NCBI GenBank assembly: GCA_963674865.2
Contig: CAXXYE010000009.1
Span: 96,001-160,000 of the forward strand
DNA length: 64,000 bases
Reading direction: 5' to 3'
Source of the DNA: Candidatus Hydrogenedentota bacterium
GTDB taxonomy: Bacteria > Hydrogenedentota > Hydrogenedentia > Hydrogenedentales > SLHB01
Part shown: positions 51,149-61,102 of the stretch, piece after piece
How positions within the stretch are numbered: position 1 is the stretch's first letter
Layout: each line of letters opens with the position of its first letter
Position numbers and translations under genes: made by a program
Notes under the pieces: model-generated
Told to the model about the DNA's origin: nothing
What the model saw: the letters and a program-made list of their open reading frames with translations, nothing else
Database searches by the model: none

Positions 51149-51306
51149 GGGCGGTGCCGCACTTGGCTCAGGCGGGCGGCGTGAGCTAAAATCCCATTGC
51201 TCGGCGGAACGGATCTTCTTGAGTTGCGGGCCGGGCGCTGAGAGTCTCCGAAATCCCAAGAGGGTGCGCGTCAGCGCCCCCAAACGCGATCCGAAGGAAG
51301 TGAAAA

Positions 51307-51966
51307 ATGCTACAGGATGGTGAGAAGGGCGTAATCATCCAGAGAGACAAGCAAACGTACGCGGTGGCGCCGCACCTCCCATGCGGCGTGGTGACACCCG
51401 AGATGCTCCGCAAGCTCGCGGATGTGGCGGAGAAGTACGAAGCCGCGGCGCTGAAAGTTACCAGCGCGGCGCGCGTGGCCATCGTGGGCCTCAAAGAGGA
51501 AGACATTGACAACGTTTGGGCGGAGCTTGGCGCCGCGCCGGGCGCAACAGTAGGCCTGTGCGTCCGCAGCGTCAAGGCGTGTCCCGGGACAACCTTCTGC
51601 AAACGCGGCATGCAAGACAGCCTCAGCGTGGGGATGAAGCTCGACGAGAAATACCACGGCGTCGAGATGCCGGGCAAGCTGAAACTGGGCGTCAGCGGCT
51701 GCCCGAACCAGTGCGCCGAAACGTGCATCAAGGACGTTGGCCTCGTCGGAACCAAAAGCGGCTGGCGCGTCCTTGTCGGCGGCAACGGCGGAGGCCGGCC
51801 GCGCCTATCGCAGGAACTTGTTCGCGATTTGTCCGAAGAGGAGGCGCTGGCACTCGTGGACAAGATCCTCGACTACTTCAAGGCAAACGCCAAGCCGCAC
51901 CAACGCCTGGGCGCCATGATCGAGAAGATCGGATTTGAGGCCTTCAAAGAAGCTATATTGGATTAG
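51307..51966 (+). CDS. Small nitrite/sulfite-reductase-like 4Fe-4S (siroheme-type) protein
   Basis: VKACPGTTFC and GCPNQC motifs, GGNGG, RLGAMIEKIG. Confidence 0.85.
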   Translation: MLQDGEKGVIIQRDKQTYAVAPHLPCGVVTPEMLRKLADVAEKYEAAALKVTSAARVAIVGLKEEDIDNVWAELGAAPGATVGLCVRSVKACPGTTFCKRGMQDSLSVGMKLDEKYHGVEMPGKLKLGVSGCPNQCAETCIKDVGLVGTKSGWRVLVGGNGGGRPRLSQELVRDLSEEEALALVDKILDYFKANAKPHQRLGAMIEKIGFEAFKEAILD

Positions 51967-52100
51967 AGCTTGCCGTCATCGCCGGATAACTCGCACGCGC
52001 CGCGCACACGGTGCTCTAAGACGGCCCCATCTCTTGAGACATTCTCACCAACGAGTGAAGACACTGGATTCGCTAATGGCTTCACTTCAAATGACTTGAC

Positions 52101-52128
52101 GCGCGGCGCAATTGGCAACCCGGCCACC
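52101..52128. repeat. Dispersed 28-bp repeat, copy B
   Basis: GCGCGGCGCAATTGGCAACCCGGCCACC; partial third copy ATTGGCAATCCGGCCAC at 32091-32107. Confidence 0.8.
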
Positions 52129-52275
52129 GAGGAGCTTGCTTTCATCTTCGGTACCTTTTTGTGATACTTTAGTGCGAGGCCGTGCTATTCTGATGTAAGT
52201 TTTGTCGATTCTCACGGGGCCGCTTGGCCGGTGTCGGACAGGTTGGCCGTGCGTGATAGGGCGGAAAGAGGAAGG

Positions 52276-53877
52276 ATGGGCGTGATGATTAAGAAGAATC
52301 AGAAGATCTACCTGATCACTAACGGAGATTTCCGGGAAGCGGCAGGCGTCGAAACGTGGCCCAAGCAGGCGGAGACACTGCGCGCCGTGAAGGCGGCATT
52401 CAAGAAACTGGGCTACACGACGGAATCCCTGCCTCGATACGACGCCAAGCGCAAGCATGGCTTCATGACGAAGCAGTGCGAGGGCGCCGCGGTGTTCTCG
52501 AAGATCGACCCCGAAGCGCCGGTTGTGGTCGTGCTGGCGAGTTGGGTCTATGCCCACCATGTCGCAGGTCCCCTGCTCACCCACAAAGGGCCGATCCTTC
52601 TTCTCGCCAACTTCGACGGCACGTATCCGGGGCTCGTCGCCCTGCTGTGCCATGCCGCGTCCTTCGAGCGCCTCAGTATCAAACACTCGCGCTTGTGGAG
52701 CGATAACTTCGCCAAGGATGAGACGTTCATGAAGCGCCTCAGCGAGTGGTGCAAGACCGGCACAATCAAGCACAGCATGGCCCACCTCACGGACGCAGCC
52801 AAGCTGAAGCTGTCGAGCAAGGCGAACGCGTTCGGCAAGGAACTGGCCGCGGATATCATGCAAAACAAGCGCATCATGGGGCAGTTCGATCCCGGATGCA
52901 TGGGCATGATGAACGCCGTCATGGACCCGGCCAAACTGGGCGCCATCGGCATGCCCATCGAGCTGCTCAACCAGTCCGACCTGCTCGCCGAAATGGCCCT
53001 CGTGAGCGATCGGGAAGCCCAGAGCAACCTGAATTGGCTCGTGAGAAAAGGCACGAATTTCCACTGGGGCACGGACGGCTCGAAGGAACTCGTGCACGGC
53101 CAAGTCTTCGAGCAGATGAAGATGTACTCGGCCGCCGGCCGCATCTTCAACCGCTACGGCCTCAGCGCCATGGGCATTCCGTACCAGTACGGCCTCGTGC
53201 GGTGCTGCGCGGCGTCGGACCTCGTTGAGGGCATGCTCAATAACTCCGAACGGCCCAACATCAAGGATCCGGAAACAAAGGAGATCGTCAACAAGGGCAA
53301 ACCCATTGCCCACTTCAACGAAGGCGACATCGGCGCGGGTGTGCCGCAGGCATTGATGAACGACATCTACCAAGCCAAAGGCATGCCGCCCGAGACGACA
53401 CTCCACGACGTGCGGTGGGGCACGGAAGTGGACGGGAAGTTCGTATGGGTCTTCCTGATTTCCGGCGGCGCGCCGCCCGCCCATTTCGGCGGATGGAAGA
53501 ACACGCACGTGTACCGCCAGCCCACGATGTACTTCCCCCTTGGCGGCGGTACCTGCTCCGGCGTCTCCCGTCCCGGCGTGATCACCTGGGCGCGCTTCTA
53601 CGAGGCATTCGGGAAGATCGGCCTCGACTGCGGCACGGGCGAAGTCCTCGACCTCCCCGATGACGAACTCAACAACCGCCTGCAGAAGACAAATCCTGAA
53701 TGGCCTATCGCCAACGTCTACATGCCGGGCTACGAGCGGGATGAATTGATGGCATCGCACATGTCGAACCACATCGTGATCGGCTACGGCGACATTCTCC
53801 AGGAACTGGTGGCCACCGCCTTGCACCTGGGCATCCCTACGCGCGTCGCCGGCGACGCCCGGAATGCCATGCGGTAA
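52276..53877 (+). CDS. L-fucose/L-arabinose isomerase-related protein
   Basis: ANFDGTYPGLV, HFNEGD, LHDVRWG, SNHI motifs; strong codon bias; start uncertain (52276-52285). Confidence 0.75.
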   Translation: MGVMIKKNQKIYLITNGDFREAAGVETWPKQAETLRAVKAAFKKLGYTTESLPRYDAKRKHGFMTKQCEGAAVFSKIDPEAPVVVVLASWVYAHHVAGPLLTHKGPILLLANFDGTYPGLVALLCHAASFERLSIKHSRLWSDNFAKDETFMKRLSEWCKTGTIKHSMAHLTDAAKLKLSSKANAFGKELAADIMQNKRIMGQFDPGCMGMMNAVMDPAKLGAIGMPIELLNQSDLLAEMALVSDREAQSNLNWLVRKGTNFHWGTDGSKELVHGQVFEQMKMYSAAGRIFNRYGLSAMGIPYQYGLVRCCAASDLVEGMLNNSERPNIKDPETKEIVNKGKPIAHFNEGDIGAGVPQALMNDIYQAKGMPPETTLHDVRWGTEVDGKFVWVFLISGGAPPAHFGGWKNTHVYRQPTMYFPLGGGTCSGVSRPGVITWARFYEAFGKIGLDCGTGEVLDLPDDELNNRLQKTNPEWPIANVYMPGYERDELMASHMSNHIVIGYGDILQELVATALHLGIPTRVAGDARNAMR

Positions 53878-53953
53878 TTCGATTGCGGCATTCGGCGGCC
53901 AGCATCCAGGTTATCGGCTTGGGCTGGCCGCCGAGTTTTTCCGAGTGAGGGAA

Positions 53954-55294
53954 ATGATGACCTCTTCACGAAGGCAGCTTGAAGCACAACTCGATGACTT
54001 CAACGCCGCGAAGCGGCGGGACGCACTTGATGGGTTGATGAAACTCGCGGCAGCGGGGGAGATTACACTCCCCGCGCCCGGCAAGGCCGTCAACCTCCAT
54101 TGCCACACCTTCTTCTCATTCAACGGCTATGGATATTCGCCCACCTCCTTCGCCTGGCGCGCCCGATGCGCTGGCCTTGCCGTGGCGGGCATTGTCGATT
54201 TCGACGTGCTCGACGCCGTGGATGAGTTCCTCGACGCAAGCCGCCGGCTCGGACTCCGCGGCTGTGCGGGCATCGAGACGCGCATCTTCCTGCCGGAGTT
54301 TCACTCCCGGGAATTGAATTCGCCGGGCGAGCCGGGCATCGCCTACTACATGGGCGTTGGATTTACCTCGTGCCAAGTCGCCCAGCCGGCTTTGCTGGAT
54401 AAGCTCAGGGAGATCGCGCGCACGCGGAATCTGGGCGTGCTGTCACGCGTCAATCCGTATCTGGAACCAGTGGCCATCGACTATGAAGACGACGTCATTC
54501 CACTGACGCCCAAGGGCAATGCCACGGAGCGCCACCTCTGTGCCGCCTACGAAGCCAAGGCAGAGAGCGTCTTCCCCGATGATTCCGAGCGCGCGGCGTT
54601 CTGGGCCGCGAAACTCGGGCGCGAGCCCGGCGATATTCTGAAGTTGTTCCCGGATTCGCCCTCATTTCAGGGACTTATCCGCTCGAAGACGATGAAGATG
54701 GGAGGGGTGGGTTACGTCCAGCCTGATGGGACAGCCTTCCCGCGTCTTGATGAGGTCAACGAGTTTATCCTGGCGGCAGGGGCGATTCCCGCCTATGCGT
54801 GGCTGAATGGCCTTACGCCGGGTGAGCAGGCCGTCGAGGAGTTGCTCGACCTGCTCCAGGAGGCGGGTACGGCGGCCATCAACATCATTCCCGATCGCAA
54901 CTGGAACATCGCCGATGCCGATAAGCGAAAGACCAAGGCCGAAAGCCTTCACGCCTTCGCCGAAATTGTTCAGAGTCGCGACCTGCCCATCGTGGTTGGT
55001 ACGGAAATGAACGCCTACGGCCAGAAGTTCGTGGACGAATTCGACGCCCCCGAACTTGCCCCGCTTGCTCCCGTGTTTCTCGAAGGCGCCTACACGCTAT
55101 ACGGCCATACGATACTTCAAGCGGCACAGGGCATGGGATATACGAGCGATTGGGCGCGCCGCCATTTCGACAGCGCCAAGGCCAAGAACGCCTTCTTCGC
55201 GCGCATAGGCGGGCGCGTCGATCCCGCGGCGGACTTGCCGGACCTCACCGCCGCCATGCCCGCCGAAGACGTACTGAGCGCGCTCGGATTATAG
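53954..55294 (+). CDS. PHP-domain metal-dependent hydrolase
   Basis: NLHCHTFFS, GIVDFD, GIE, GTEMN. Confidence 0.75.
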   Translation: MMTSSRRQLEAQLDDFNAAKRRDALDGLMKLAAAGEITLPAPGKAVNLHCHTFFSFNGYGYSPTSFAWRARCAGLAVAGIVDFDVLDAVDEFLDASRRLGLRGCAGIETRIFLPEFHSRELNSPGEPGIAYYMGVGFTSCQVAQPALLDKLREIARTRNLGVLSRVNPYLEPVAIDYEDDVIPLTPKGNATERHLCAAYEAKAESVFPDDSERAAFWAAKLGREPGDILKLFPDSPSFQGLIRSKTMKMGGVGYVQPDGTAFPRLDEVNEFILAAGAIPAYAWLNGLTPGEQAVEELLDLLQEAGTAAINIIPDRNWNIADADKRKTKAESLHAFAEIVQSRDLPIVVGTEMNAYGQKFVDEFDAPELAPLAPVFLEGAYTLYGHTILQAAQGMGYTSDWARRHFDSAKAKNAFFARIGGRVDPAADLPDLTAAMPAEDVLSALGL

Positions 55295-55310
55295 AGTCCC
55301 GCCCTCCGGC

Positions 55311-58300
55311 TCAGCTTGGCGTTTCGCCTTCGGGCGACGGCGCGGCGGAAACAGCGGGCCGCTTTTCCATTCGGATGAAGAACATTAGCAGCGCCGGAAT
55401 CATGAAGACGGTGAAGATCGTCGAGAAGGCCAGCCCCCCGAGAACAACGCTCCCCAAGCCTCTGTACAACTCCGAGCCCGGGCCCGGCCAGACCACAAGC
55501 GGAAGCATACCGAAAACGCTCGTGGTCATGCTCATGTAGATCGGGCGGATTCGGGTGCGCGTTGCCTCGAGAACCGCGTCCTTGTAGTCCATGCCTCCCT
55601 CGCGGACGTTGTTCAGCGACTGATAGACGATCAAGATGGCGTTGTTGACCACGACGCCGATAAGGATGATGAAGCCCAGCATCGTCAGCACATCGAGTGG
55701 CTGCGGCGCGATGAGTAGATTGACCAGTTTCAGACCGATCAGTCCGCCCGCCGCCGCTAAGGGCAGTGTAAACATGATGACGAAGGGGTAGATGAAGTTC
55801 CCGAACAGGGCCGACATCAGGAGGTAGATAATCATCGCCGCCAGCACGAAATTCCACTGAAGCGAGCGGCGGGTTTCGGTAAGCTTGTCGGCGGTTCCAC
55901 TCATTCCGAAGTCCACATTCTCCAACAGCCCCATGGCGCTAACCTTCGGCAGGATATCACGCTGGATGACCTCCATCGCCTCTTGAACCGTCATCTCCTC
56001 CGGGGGCGTCACCTGAAGCGAAATCGTCCGGTTTCGCTCAAGATGCCGAACCTCCGTGAGGCCCGTTGCATCTACACGTTTCGCCAGGGATGAAACGGGC
56101 ACCGAGCCTCCCTTCGGTGTCACCATCAACGCGTTGGCCAACTCTTCCGGCGTCGAGAACTCGGTGTCCGCGGCCTTGACGACAAGGTTGATCTTCTTCT
56201 CGCCCTCCTGCTTGAAGTCGCCGATGTCGCGTCCGTCCATGAGCACGTCGATCCCGATCCCGAGCTGCCGCGCCGTCATGCCTACCGCGCGCAGCCGCTC
56301 CTGCAACGGCTCGAAATTCGCCTCACGAAATGAAAGGTCCAGGGAAGGCACCGGGCGCACCTGGGCGCCGGGAATATCCTGCATGATAACGCCGAACATC
56401 GCCCCGGCCCCGGCCACGAGTTCATTGATGTCGTTCCCGCTGAAGTCCACGTCAAGGGTGCGGCCCTTCCCGAGGCCCGTCTGAAACACCCCCGCCTGAT
56501 TGGTGATACTGAATACGCCCGGAATTCCCGACAATCCCTCGCGGCAGAGAGGAAGCAGCTCACGGGTGCGCTGCTGATCACGACTGATGACGCCGAGAAT
56601 CATGAACTGCTGGAGGCCGACATAAAAGATGTGGTCAATACCTGGGTAGCCCTCGTAGCCGGCCTCGTAGTAAGGATGGAAGAATTTGAAGACATCCTCG
56701 CCGATATCCGCCCGCTCCTCGTATGACAGCCCGGGCGGCGGGATGAGAATATTGATGATGAGATCCCGGTTGCCTTGCGGCAGATACTCCATCTTCGGCA
56801 TCAGGCTGATCGCGATGACCAGTGCCCCGGCGCCCAACGCAGCCGCCGTAACCAATCGTGTGAACGCATTGCGCAAGATCAGGCGAAGGGCTCCCATGAC
56901 GAAGCCGCTCAAGGTTCGCCCAAGACCTTCCAATGCCACGGCGAGGGGAAACCGCCGCTTGCCGCGCCGCCCGTTGCCGTTGGTGTCACTCCAACTGAAC
57001 AGCCGTTTAGAAAACATGGGGATGACGGTCATCGACACCACCAGGCTCAACGCCACAGCGCCGGACACGGCAATGGCAATGTCGCGGAAGAGCTGCCCCG
57101 CCTCATCCTGAAGAAAAACGACCGGCAGGAAGACGGCGATCGTCGTCAACGACGAAGCCAAGACCGCGCCCCACACCTCGCGTGTACCTTCATAGGCCGC
57201 GTCCAAAGCGGACTTGCCCATGCTTCGATGGCGGTCGATGTTCTCGAGAACGACAATCGCGTTATCCACAAGCATCCCGACGGCGAAAGCGATCCCGGCA
57301 AGACTGACGATGTTGAGCGTGCTGCCCCCGGCCCGCATGAAGAGGAAGGTGCCGATGATGCTGATAGGAATCGCGGTCGATACGACGATTGTCGGAGAGA
57401 TCCTGCGCAAGAACACCAGCAGCACGCACACGGCCAGCGCGCCGCCCAGGAGAATCTCCTTCTGCAATAGACGGATGGAGCCACGAATGTATGGCCGCTG
57501 CTCGTTGAGCATATCCAAGCGAAGCTGCTCCCGCGTCAGCTTCCCCTCGTTCAGTTTGCGGACCACTTCCTCGACCCGATCCGTAAGCTCGAGGACATTG
57601 GTATTCGGCTCGGGACGCACCCCCATGGCGATCCCGGCCTCCCCGTCCGCCACGACAGGCACGTCGAACTTCGCGTAGCCATACTGGGCCCTGCCCACAT
57701 CGCTCACCGTCACCTGCCGCTCACCGTCGGAGGTCAGAACGACCGCCTCGATATCTTCGGGCGATCGGAATTCCGCCACCGTCCGTACACGGTGATCCCA
57801 GCGCGACACGTCCAGATTGCCCGCCGATATGTTGACGTTCTCCCCGCGAAGCGCATCGATCACCGCATCGATGGTGAGGCCGTAGGCGGCGAGCTTCTCC
57901 GGCTCGACGATGACCTGCATCTCCTGCTCGACACCGCCGCCTATAAAGAGCTCCGCCACGCCCTCGACGCGATCCAGGAACTGCCGGACCTCGTTTTCGA
58001 GATAGGTGCGGTAGGTGTAGACACTGCGCGGATTACCGTCCTGCGTGCGCAACATGAGCCAGATCACAGGGGAGGTTTCGGCGCCCGAGGCGTTCAATAT
58101 CGGTTTATCCACATTCTCGGGATAGGAGGGCACCTCGTCGAGCTTGTTCGAGACGCGCAGCAGAGCATCATTGATCCCCGTGCCGATGCGGAAGCGAAGC
58201 GTCACCTGCCCCCGGCTGTTCGTCGAGTTGCTCTCCATCTCATACAGGCCGGGGATACCCTTCAGGACCTTTTCCTGCTCCTCGATGATATCCCGCTCGA

Positions 58301-58475
58301 TTTCATAGGGCGTTGCGCCCGCCCAGGTCGTGGTCACCGTGATAACCGGTTCCTGAACGTTTGGACTTAACTGGATCGGCAGTTCCAGCATCGAGATAAC
58401 ACCGAAGAGAACGATCAGGATCACGCCCACGATCACGGTGACGGGATTACGAATTGAGAAGTGGATGATGTCCAT
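55311..58475 (-). CDS. RND efflux transporter permease (AcrB/AcrD/AcrF family)
   Basis: GMLVDNAIVVLENI, GVVVNNAIL, RIRPIYM; 1054 aa. Confidence 0.95.
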   Translation of the reverse strand: MDIIHFSIRNPVTVIVGVILIVLFGVISMLELPIQLSPNVQEPVITVTTTWAGATPYEIERDIIEEQEKVLKGIPGLYEMESNSTNSRGQVTLRFRIGTGINDALLRVSNKLDEVPSYPENVDKPILNASGAETSPVIWLMLRTQDGNPRSVYTYRTYLENEVRQFLDRVEGVAELFIGGGVEQEMQVIVEPEKLAAYGLTIDAVIDALRGENVNISAGNLDVSRWDHRVRTVAEFRSPEDIEAVVLTSDGERQVTVSDVGRAQYGYAKFDVPVVADGEAGIAMGVRPEPNTNVLELTDRVEEVVRKLNEGKLTREQLRLDMLNEQRPYIRGSIRLLQKEILLGGALAVCVLLVFLRRISPTIVVSTAIPISIIGTFLFMRAGGSTLNIVSLAGIAFAVGMLVDNAIVVLENIDRHRSMGKSALDAAYEGTREVWGAVLASSLTTIAVFLPVVFLQDEAGQLFRDIAIAVSGAVALSLVVSMTVIPMFSKRLFSWSDTNGNGRRGKRRFPLAVALEGLGRTLSGFVMGALRLILRNAFTRLVTAAALGAGALVIAISLMPKMEYLPQGNRDLIINILIPPPGLSYEERADIGEDVFKFFHPYYEAGYEGYPGIDHIFYVGLQQFMILGVISRDQQRTRELLPLCREGLSGIPGVFSITNQAGVFQTGLGKGRTLDVDFSGNDINELVAGAGAMFGVIMQDIPGAQVRPVPSLDLSFREANFEPLQERLRAVGMTARQLGIGIDVLMDGRDIGDFKQEGEKKINLVVKAADTEFSTPEELANALMVTPKGGSVPVSSLAKRVDATGLTEVRHLERNRTISLQVTPPEEMTVQEAMEVIQRDILPKVSAMGLLENVDFGMSGTADKLTETRRSLQWNFVLAAMIIYLLMSALFGNFIYPFVIMFTLPLAAAGGLIGLKLVNLLIAPQPLDVLTMLGFIILIGVVVNNAILIVYQSLNNVREGGMDYKDAVLEATRTRIRPIYMSMTTSVFGMLPLVVWPGPGSELYRGLGSVVLGGLAFSTIFTVFMIPALLMFFIRMEKRPAVSAAPSPEGETPS

Positions 58476-58509
58476 CGTGCCTGCTGCCGCCTCTAAGCCA
58501 TTCCCTTGT

Positions 58510-59553
58510 TCACTCGGCGACCGCCACGGGCTGCCCGTCGCGCAGCCGCTCGTGGCCCTTCGTCACAACCGACATCCCGGCTTGCAGGCCATCCACCTCG
58601 ACGCCCGCCGTTACCCCTTCGTAACCGTGGAGCGTAACCGGAAGCCGCACCGCGACCCCTTCCCGGACGATCACCACAAAGGCCTGCCCCCGATCCAGCA
58701 GAATCGCGTCCCGCGGCACGAGCAGACACTCATGCGGCTTGCCCACAGGCATATTGACCAGCGCCGACATACCTTCGAGCAGCCCGTCCTCCGACTCGAT
58801 GCGGATCTTCACGGGGAATGTTCGCGTAGCCACGTCCCCTCGGGGAATAACGGCCACCACCTTTCCGGACAACGTCCGGCCGCCCGCGGAGACGTCTACC
58901 GGCGCCTCCATCTTCACAAACGGGAGATACTGCTCGGGCAGATTCACGATCACGTCGAACAGGCGATCCCGTGCAACAACAGCCACAGCCTCGCCGCCAT
59001 TCTTCCACTCGCCCAGCTCCGTCCGGCGCTCTAAAACGATTGCGTCGTAGGGGGCGCTGGTAACCTTCTTGGCAATCTCGAGTTCCAGCCGCTCCACTTC
59101 GGCCCGGGCAGCTTCGGCGCGGTGCTCCAACGACTCCATGGTGAACTTGATATCATCGTATTCCTGCGGCGTGGTGACTTCATCCTTGATGAGAAGTTCG
59201 GCCCGCTCCAGACGCACTTCCTCCTGCTCGAGCCTTGTCTGACTCTCGCGATGCGAGGCCCGCGTCGCCCTAAGTTGCGAACGCAGCAGGGAGTCATCAA
59301 GACGAACCAGGGGCTTCCCCGAGGCGAGGTGTTGGCCCTCCTCGAAGAGCACCTCGACCACTTTGCCGCTCACCTCCGTGGCAAGATTCGACACTTCCTT
59401 ATAATACACCGTGCCCTCAAACTGCGCGGTGGGCGCCAGACGGCCAGCCACCACGGACGCTGCCGTAACCTTCGCCGGCGGCATCCCCGGCTGCCCGATG
59501 GCAGCAATGGATATGCCCATGCACGCAGCAAGCGCGGCCGCCCGTTTCCACAT
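58510..59553 (-). CDS. RND efflux periplasmic adaptor (membrane fusion protein)
   Basis: EVSGKV, APYDA, TRTFPVK, VPRDA, LRDGQPV; start uncertain. Confidence 0.92.
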   Translation of the reverse strand: MWKRAAALAACMGISIAAIGQPGMPPAKVTAASVVAGRLAPTAQFEGTVYYKEVSNLATEVSGKVVEVLFEEGQHLASGKPLVRLDDSLLRSQLRATRASHRESQTRLEQEEVRLERAELLIKDEVTTPQEYDDIKFTMESLEHRAEAARAEVERLELEIAKKVTSAPYDAIVLERRTELGEWKNGGEAVAVVARDRLFDVIVNLPEQYLPFVKMEAPVDVSAGGRTLSGKVVAVIPRGDVATRTFPVKIRIESEDGLLEGMSALVNMPVGKPHECLLVPRDAILLDRGQAFVVIVREGVAVRLPVTLHGYEGVTAGVEVDGLQAGMSVVTKGHERLRDGQPVAVAE

Positions 59554-59985
59554 ACGTCCACTCTCCCTTTTTCGCGCTGGAAAGCCAGGAACGGATACCT
59601 CGGAACTCACCAAGACTCAATGAGAAGCCGCATTGTAACACCTCGACATTCCCTAAAACGAGCAGAGCCTTGGCGTCATGGCAAGCAGATGAGACGTCTC
59701 GCTGAGACGTGGTACGGGCAATCCGGGCAAGCCACGCGGTAGTGGGCGATGGCCGAAGGAGCCATGCCTAGCGTGTCCTGTCCTACAGCGATTTCTATGG
59801 GCCATTTGGCTGGCCTTGAGACAGACACGTATGCTATGATGCGGACGCTGAGTTACCGGTTGTGGATACGTGGTCGGGCGCGTCGGCTGTGGAACCGGGC
59901 CGCCCCACCGGATATAGGTACATAACGGTAGCCTTTGGGCGAGCACGGAGAGCGCGGGGAGAGCCATATGGAAAGGGGTTGGCCC

Positions 59986-60486
59986 ATGATACGTGTTGTA
60001 ACCATTCTCGTCATCGCGGGCATGCTGCTCACGGGATGCCAGACTATTCAGGAGCATCTCCCAAAGCGGAAGACTGCGGAGCCGGTCGAACTCGAGCCTT
60101 TGGACACGGCGGGCGAACCGGCCCCCACCCTCCCGGAACCAGGACTCCAACTGAATACAGAGCAGCGTTTCGCTGACGTTCCGCTACCTGTCGACGTGAA
60201 GCCGGACGAGGCGCGGACCTTCGTTTACGAATCCACATCGCTGCAAGTCGGCCGCATGGTTTACCTTAGCAAGGCCAGCACAACGGAATTGGCCCAGTTC
60301 TACATTCGGGAGGCTCCGTCCGCGGACTGGCTCCTCGAAAACGTCGTAGAAGCAGACGGCGCGGAGCTCGTGTTCACAAAACCCGGCAAGCGCCTGACGG
60401 TAACCATCCGCAAACTGTCGGCGGGCCGTGGTAGACTATTGACCCTGACCCTCATACCTGAAGAGAAACCGGGCAGCGGACTATGA
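59986..60486 (+). CDS. Hypothetical lipoprotein
   Basis: LLTGC lipobox after a hydrophobic stretch. Confidence 0.65.
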   Translation: MIRVVTILVIAGMLLTGCQTIQEHLPKRKTAEPVELEPLDTAGEPAPTLPEPGLQLNTEQRFADVPLPVDVKPDEARTFVYESTSLQVGRMVYLSKASTTELAQFYIREAPSADWLLENVVEADGAELVFTKPGKRLTVTIRKLSAGRGRLLTLTLIPEEKPGSGL

Positions 60487-60953
60487 GACGCCTCTGCTCA
60501 CTGGCTTGCCTCGCCTGCATGTGCTGCGCCATAGGATGCGATAATCCCCTTGGCGTCGGAGTCCCGAGCATCCCCGGGCGCAAAGCAAGCGATGAGGAGA
60601 TCATTAGCCAGATTCTCGACGACGTTCATCGAGGGCTTCAGGCCCGGCGCATGTTCAAGGTGATGGCCCATCTCTCTCCACGATACCATGATGAATACGG
60701 CCGGGACCGCCAGGCGGTTCAAGCCTATCTGAACGATCTCTTCAAGCGATATGGCGACATCTGGATCACCCGGGTGCGGCCGGAAATAGCCCTGATGGGC
60801 GAACGCGCACGTGTGATCGAGACATTTGGCGCGACGGCCGAGCCTATCAACCGGAGCATCGACGCGCCGATAAACGTCCAGGGCCAAGTGATGATATTCT
60901 TCGAAAAGGTGGGCGGCGACTGGAAGATCGACGAATGGAGAGACGTGCGATAG
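60483..60953 (+). CDS. Lipoprotein with NTF2/SnoaL-like fold
   Basis: AIGC lipobox; HLSPRY...FEKVGGDWKI pattern. Confidence 0.6.
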   Translation: MRRLCSLACLACMCCAIGCDNPLGVGVPSIPGRKASDEEIISQILDDVHRGLQARRMFKVMAHLSPRYHDEYGRDRQAVQAYLNDLFKRYGDIWITRVRPEIALMGERARVIETFGATAEPINRSIDAPINVQGQVMIFFEKVGGDWKIDEWRDVR

Positions 60954-61102
60954 GATTGGCTCAGCATTCTTAACCAGAGAGTCGGACCCGCTGTATGGTT
61001 GAGCCTCGCTCCTGGCAGACGGGAGCGGGGCTTTGAGTACTATGGCGCGGCGGCGTTGCCGCCCCAAACAACAACACATTCAACGCGGAAAACAGTGTAA
61101 TC

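Noticed and set aside
52087..53826. 579-aa minus-strand ORF
   Set aside because: Antisense shadow of the isomerase-like gene
59640..59960. Small ORFs in the divergent intergenic region
   Set aside because: Poor RBS spacing and no compositional or motif support
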